A DNA stretch of 64,000 nucleotides. It comes from the human T2T-CHM13v2.0 reference genome, Homo sapiens. Numbering within the stretch: position 1 is the stretch's first letter; every line of letters starts with the position of its first letter. Below are positions 62,357-64,000 of the stretch, in pieces. The stretch is from the NCBI RefSeq assembly GCF_009914755.1, contig NC_060943.1; one strand, given 5' to 3'. Below the pieces are notes generated by a model. It made no database searches, was not told the origin of the DNA, and saw nothing but the letters and a program-made list of their open reading frames with translations. A program made the translations under genes and the position numbers.

Positions 62357-64000
62357 CTGGAAGAGAAGGCCTGGCTTAGGCTTGAGGATGGGATGGGGGA
62401 GGCAGAGGGCACCTGGACGGCTCTTAGGCGCTCACCCCCGTCCTGCACTGACACCCCAGTGGCTAGGTTGGGCTGTTTCCTCCCGCCCACGGGGCCGCAT
62501 CCCTGAGCTGTGTGAGTAACCAGGAGCATGAGGGCCACGGATGTGGCCCCAGGGAAGCGCCCGGCACGGGCTTCTGTGGTATGCATTGCTCGGTCCTACC
62601 CCACGGGGGCCCCGGGGGCCCCCATGAGTGGGCCTGGGGAACCGGCAGAGGCAAAATAACTGAAGGTGGGGGAGGTGGTGGGGCAGGCTGTCCCCAGGCA
62701 GGAATGGGGCTCCAGCTTGTCTGACAGAGGACACCCAGTCAGGCAGGCTGCAAGTTCCCTGGAGCCTGCCGTCGCCCCCATCGAAGGATCAGTGAGGATA
62801 ACTTCTATTGCGTCCACCTCGGCTCCCATGCTGGGAAACGATGTTCAAAACCGCCAGACAGTTCTCTCTGCAGGGCTGGCGACGTCACGGAGCCAGGGGC
62901 ACAGATGGGCCTGCACCAGCCGTGTGGCTGAGCAGGTGACTTAAAACTGGGCCTGCCTCCCAGGCACACACACAGGAGTGGGGCTGGAACTCTGAAGCCC
63001 CCAGCAACTCAAGGGATGAGAAGAATCCCCCCACCCCCCATGACTCACAGACGGGCAGGGCTGCCACGGAGGCGGTGACCACGCTCTCAATGCCCAGGGT
63101 ATAGAGGGCGCCGCGCAGGAGGCCGCAGGTGAAGGCCAGGAACTGAGGAGGGAACACAGACCAGCATGGGAAGAGAGGGGAGGCCAGCACCCGAGGTCTG
63201 GGGCACCCCTTAGGCCTGGGGAAAGGCCTGATGTGGGATGGGGCTGGGTAAACAGGAGGAAGGGAGGTGTGGACAAGGCCCCAGCTCCCCCCATACCTTG
63301 GGTGCTTCCTCCAGATACTGCAGGCCAGAGGCCATCGGGAGGAGGAGGGGGAAGCTGTTGTCTTGCAGGACGTAGGTCCCCTGGGGGAGAGGAGAGGCTG
63401 GTGGGTGGGGTCGGGGCCTGTACATTTGAAGCGCAGGGAGGGTAAGCAGGAACCCAGGTCTTAGATTGGGCTGAGGTTGGGAAGGCCCCCTTCCTGAGAA
63501 CCACTGGAGTCACAGCCTTGGCCTCCAGTGCTCTGGTAGGGCCCAGGGCTTCCAAACTTGGAGTGGGTGCCTGTGCCCTGGGGAGTGTGGGTCCTGCCCT
63601 CGCCTCCCAGGGTTGTGCAGAAAAGCTGGGGACCCGGCCCAGGAAGATGCAGAAGGGCAGGTACAGCCTGGGTGTCACTGGGGGACTAGACCAGCTTGGG
63701 ACAAGCAGCATCACACTGGGGGTAGGGCAGGCAGCCACCAGGGGCTTTCTGCCCATGCATGGCTCACTCCTGGTAGGCTGGAGAAGTTCCGGAAACACCC
63801 CCTATGCCCCAGCGCAGCCTCCTGGCTTCCCTTAGAGGATCAGACAGAGCAAGAGCTGCGGCCGCCTGTGGGAAAGCTCTGGGCGGGTCCCGGCAGCCGC
63901 TGCTCTGGCGCCGGGGGATTCCCCTCCCACTCTCTTGGTCTTGCCCTCAGGAGGAAGCTGGACGGGCAGGCCGGGGTGCTCCCACCTGGTGATTGGTGCG
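62325..64000 (-). CDS. TRAPPC6A: TRAPPC6A, trafficking protein particle complex subunit 6A; 3' part
   Basis: Exons 64000-63986 (RTNHQ, truncated by the window edge), 63380-63297 (GTYVLQDNSFPLLLPMASGLQYLEEAPK), 63142-63049 (FLAFTCGLLRGALYTLGIESVVTASVAALPV) and 62356-62325 (CKFQVVIPKS*). Bet3/Trs33-family motifs RTNHQGTYVLQD and CGLLRGAL are present. Confidence 0.95.
63049..63142 (-). CDS. TRAPPC6A: TRAPPC6A penultimate exon (94 nt)
   Basis: cctcag|TTCCTG ... GTCT|gtgagt. Confidence 0.93.
63297..63380 (-). CDS. TRAPPC6A: TRAPPC6A internal exon (84 nt)
   Basis: ccccag|GGGACC ... AAG|gtatgg. Confidence 0.93.

Noticed and set aside
62941-63798. 285-aa ORF
   Set aside because: Off-frame across TRAPPC6A introns and exons, low-complexity, with a non-ATG start.

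Overview
GC-rich, Alu-dense primate genomic DNA. The gene content identifies it as the human chr19q13.32 PPP1R37-NKPD1-TRAPPC6A locus (recognised from protein sequence, not from a database search). Positions 1-37644 are the long first intron of PPP1R37 (+; exon 1 lies upstream of the window). This intron holds many Alu, L1, L2, MIR and DNA-transposon relics, two strong CTCF motifs, candidate enhancer motif clusters, and a full-length EIF5A retrocopy whose ORF is still open. PPP1R37 coding exons 2-12 span 37645-45603, followed by a 3'UTR exon with two poly(A) signals. NKPD1 (-) converges on it; I reconstruct a 4-coding-exon, 832-aa KAP-family P-loop protein (59281-51069), of which the 610-aa ORF in the track is only the last exon. 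The last four exons of TRAPPC6A (-) lie at 62325-64000. Most striking observations: (1) NKPD1 has degenerate Walker A (GKS->RLH) and Walker B (D->T) motifs, so it looks like a membrane-anchored KAP pseudo-NTPase, from a family that includes bacterial phage-exclusion proteins; (2) the EIF5A pseudogene keeps a 168-codon ORF through self-cancelling indels plus loss of the stop codon; (3) a CpG-island promoter signature sits just upstream of the NKPD1 last exon. Repeat boundaries and subfamilies are by eye and approximate. No tRNA, rRNA or CRISPR array was seen.
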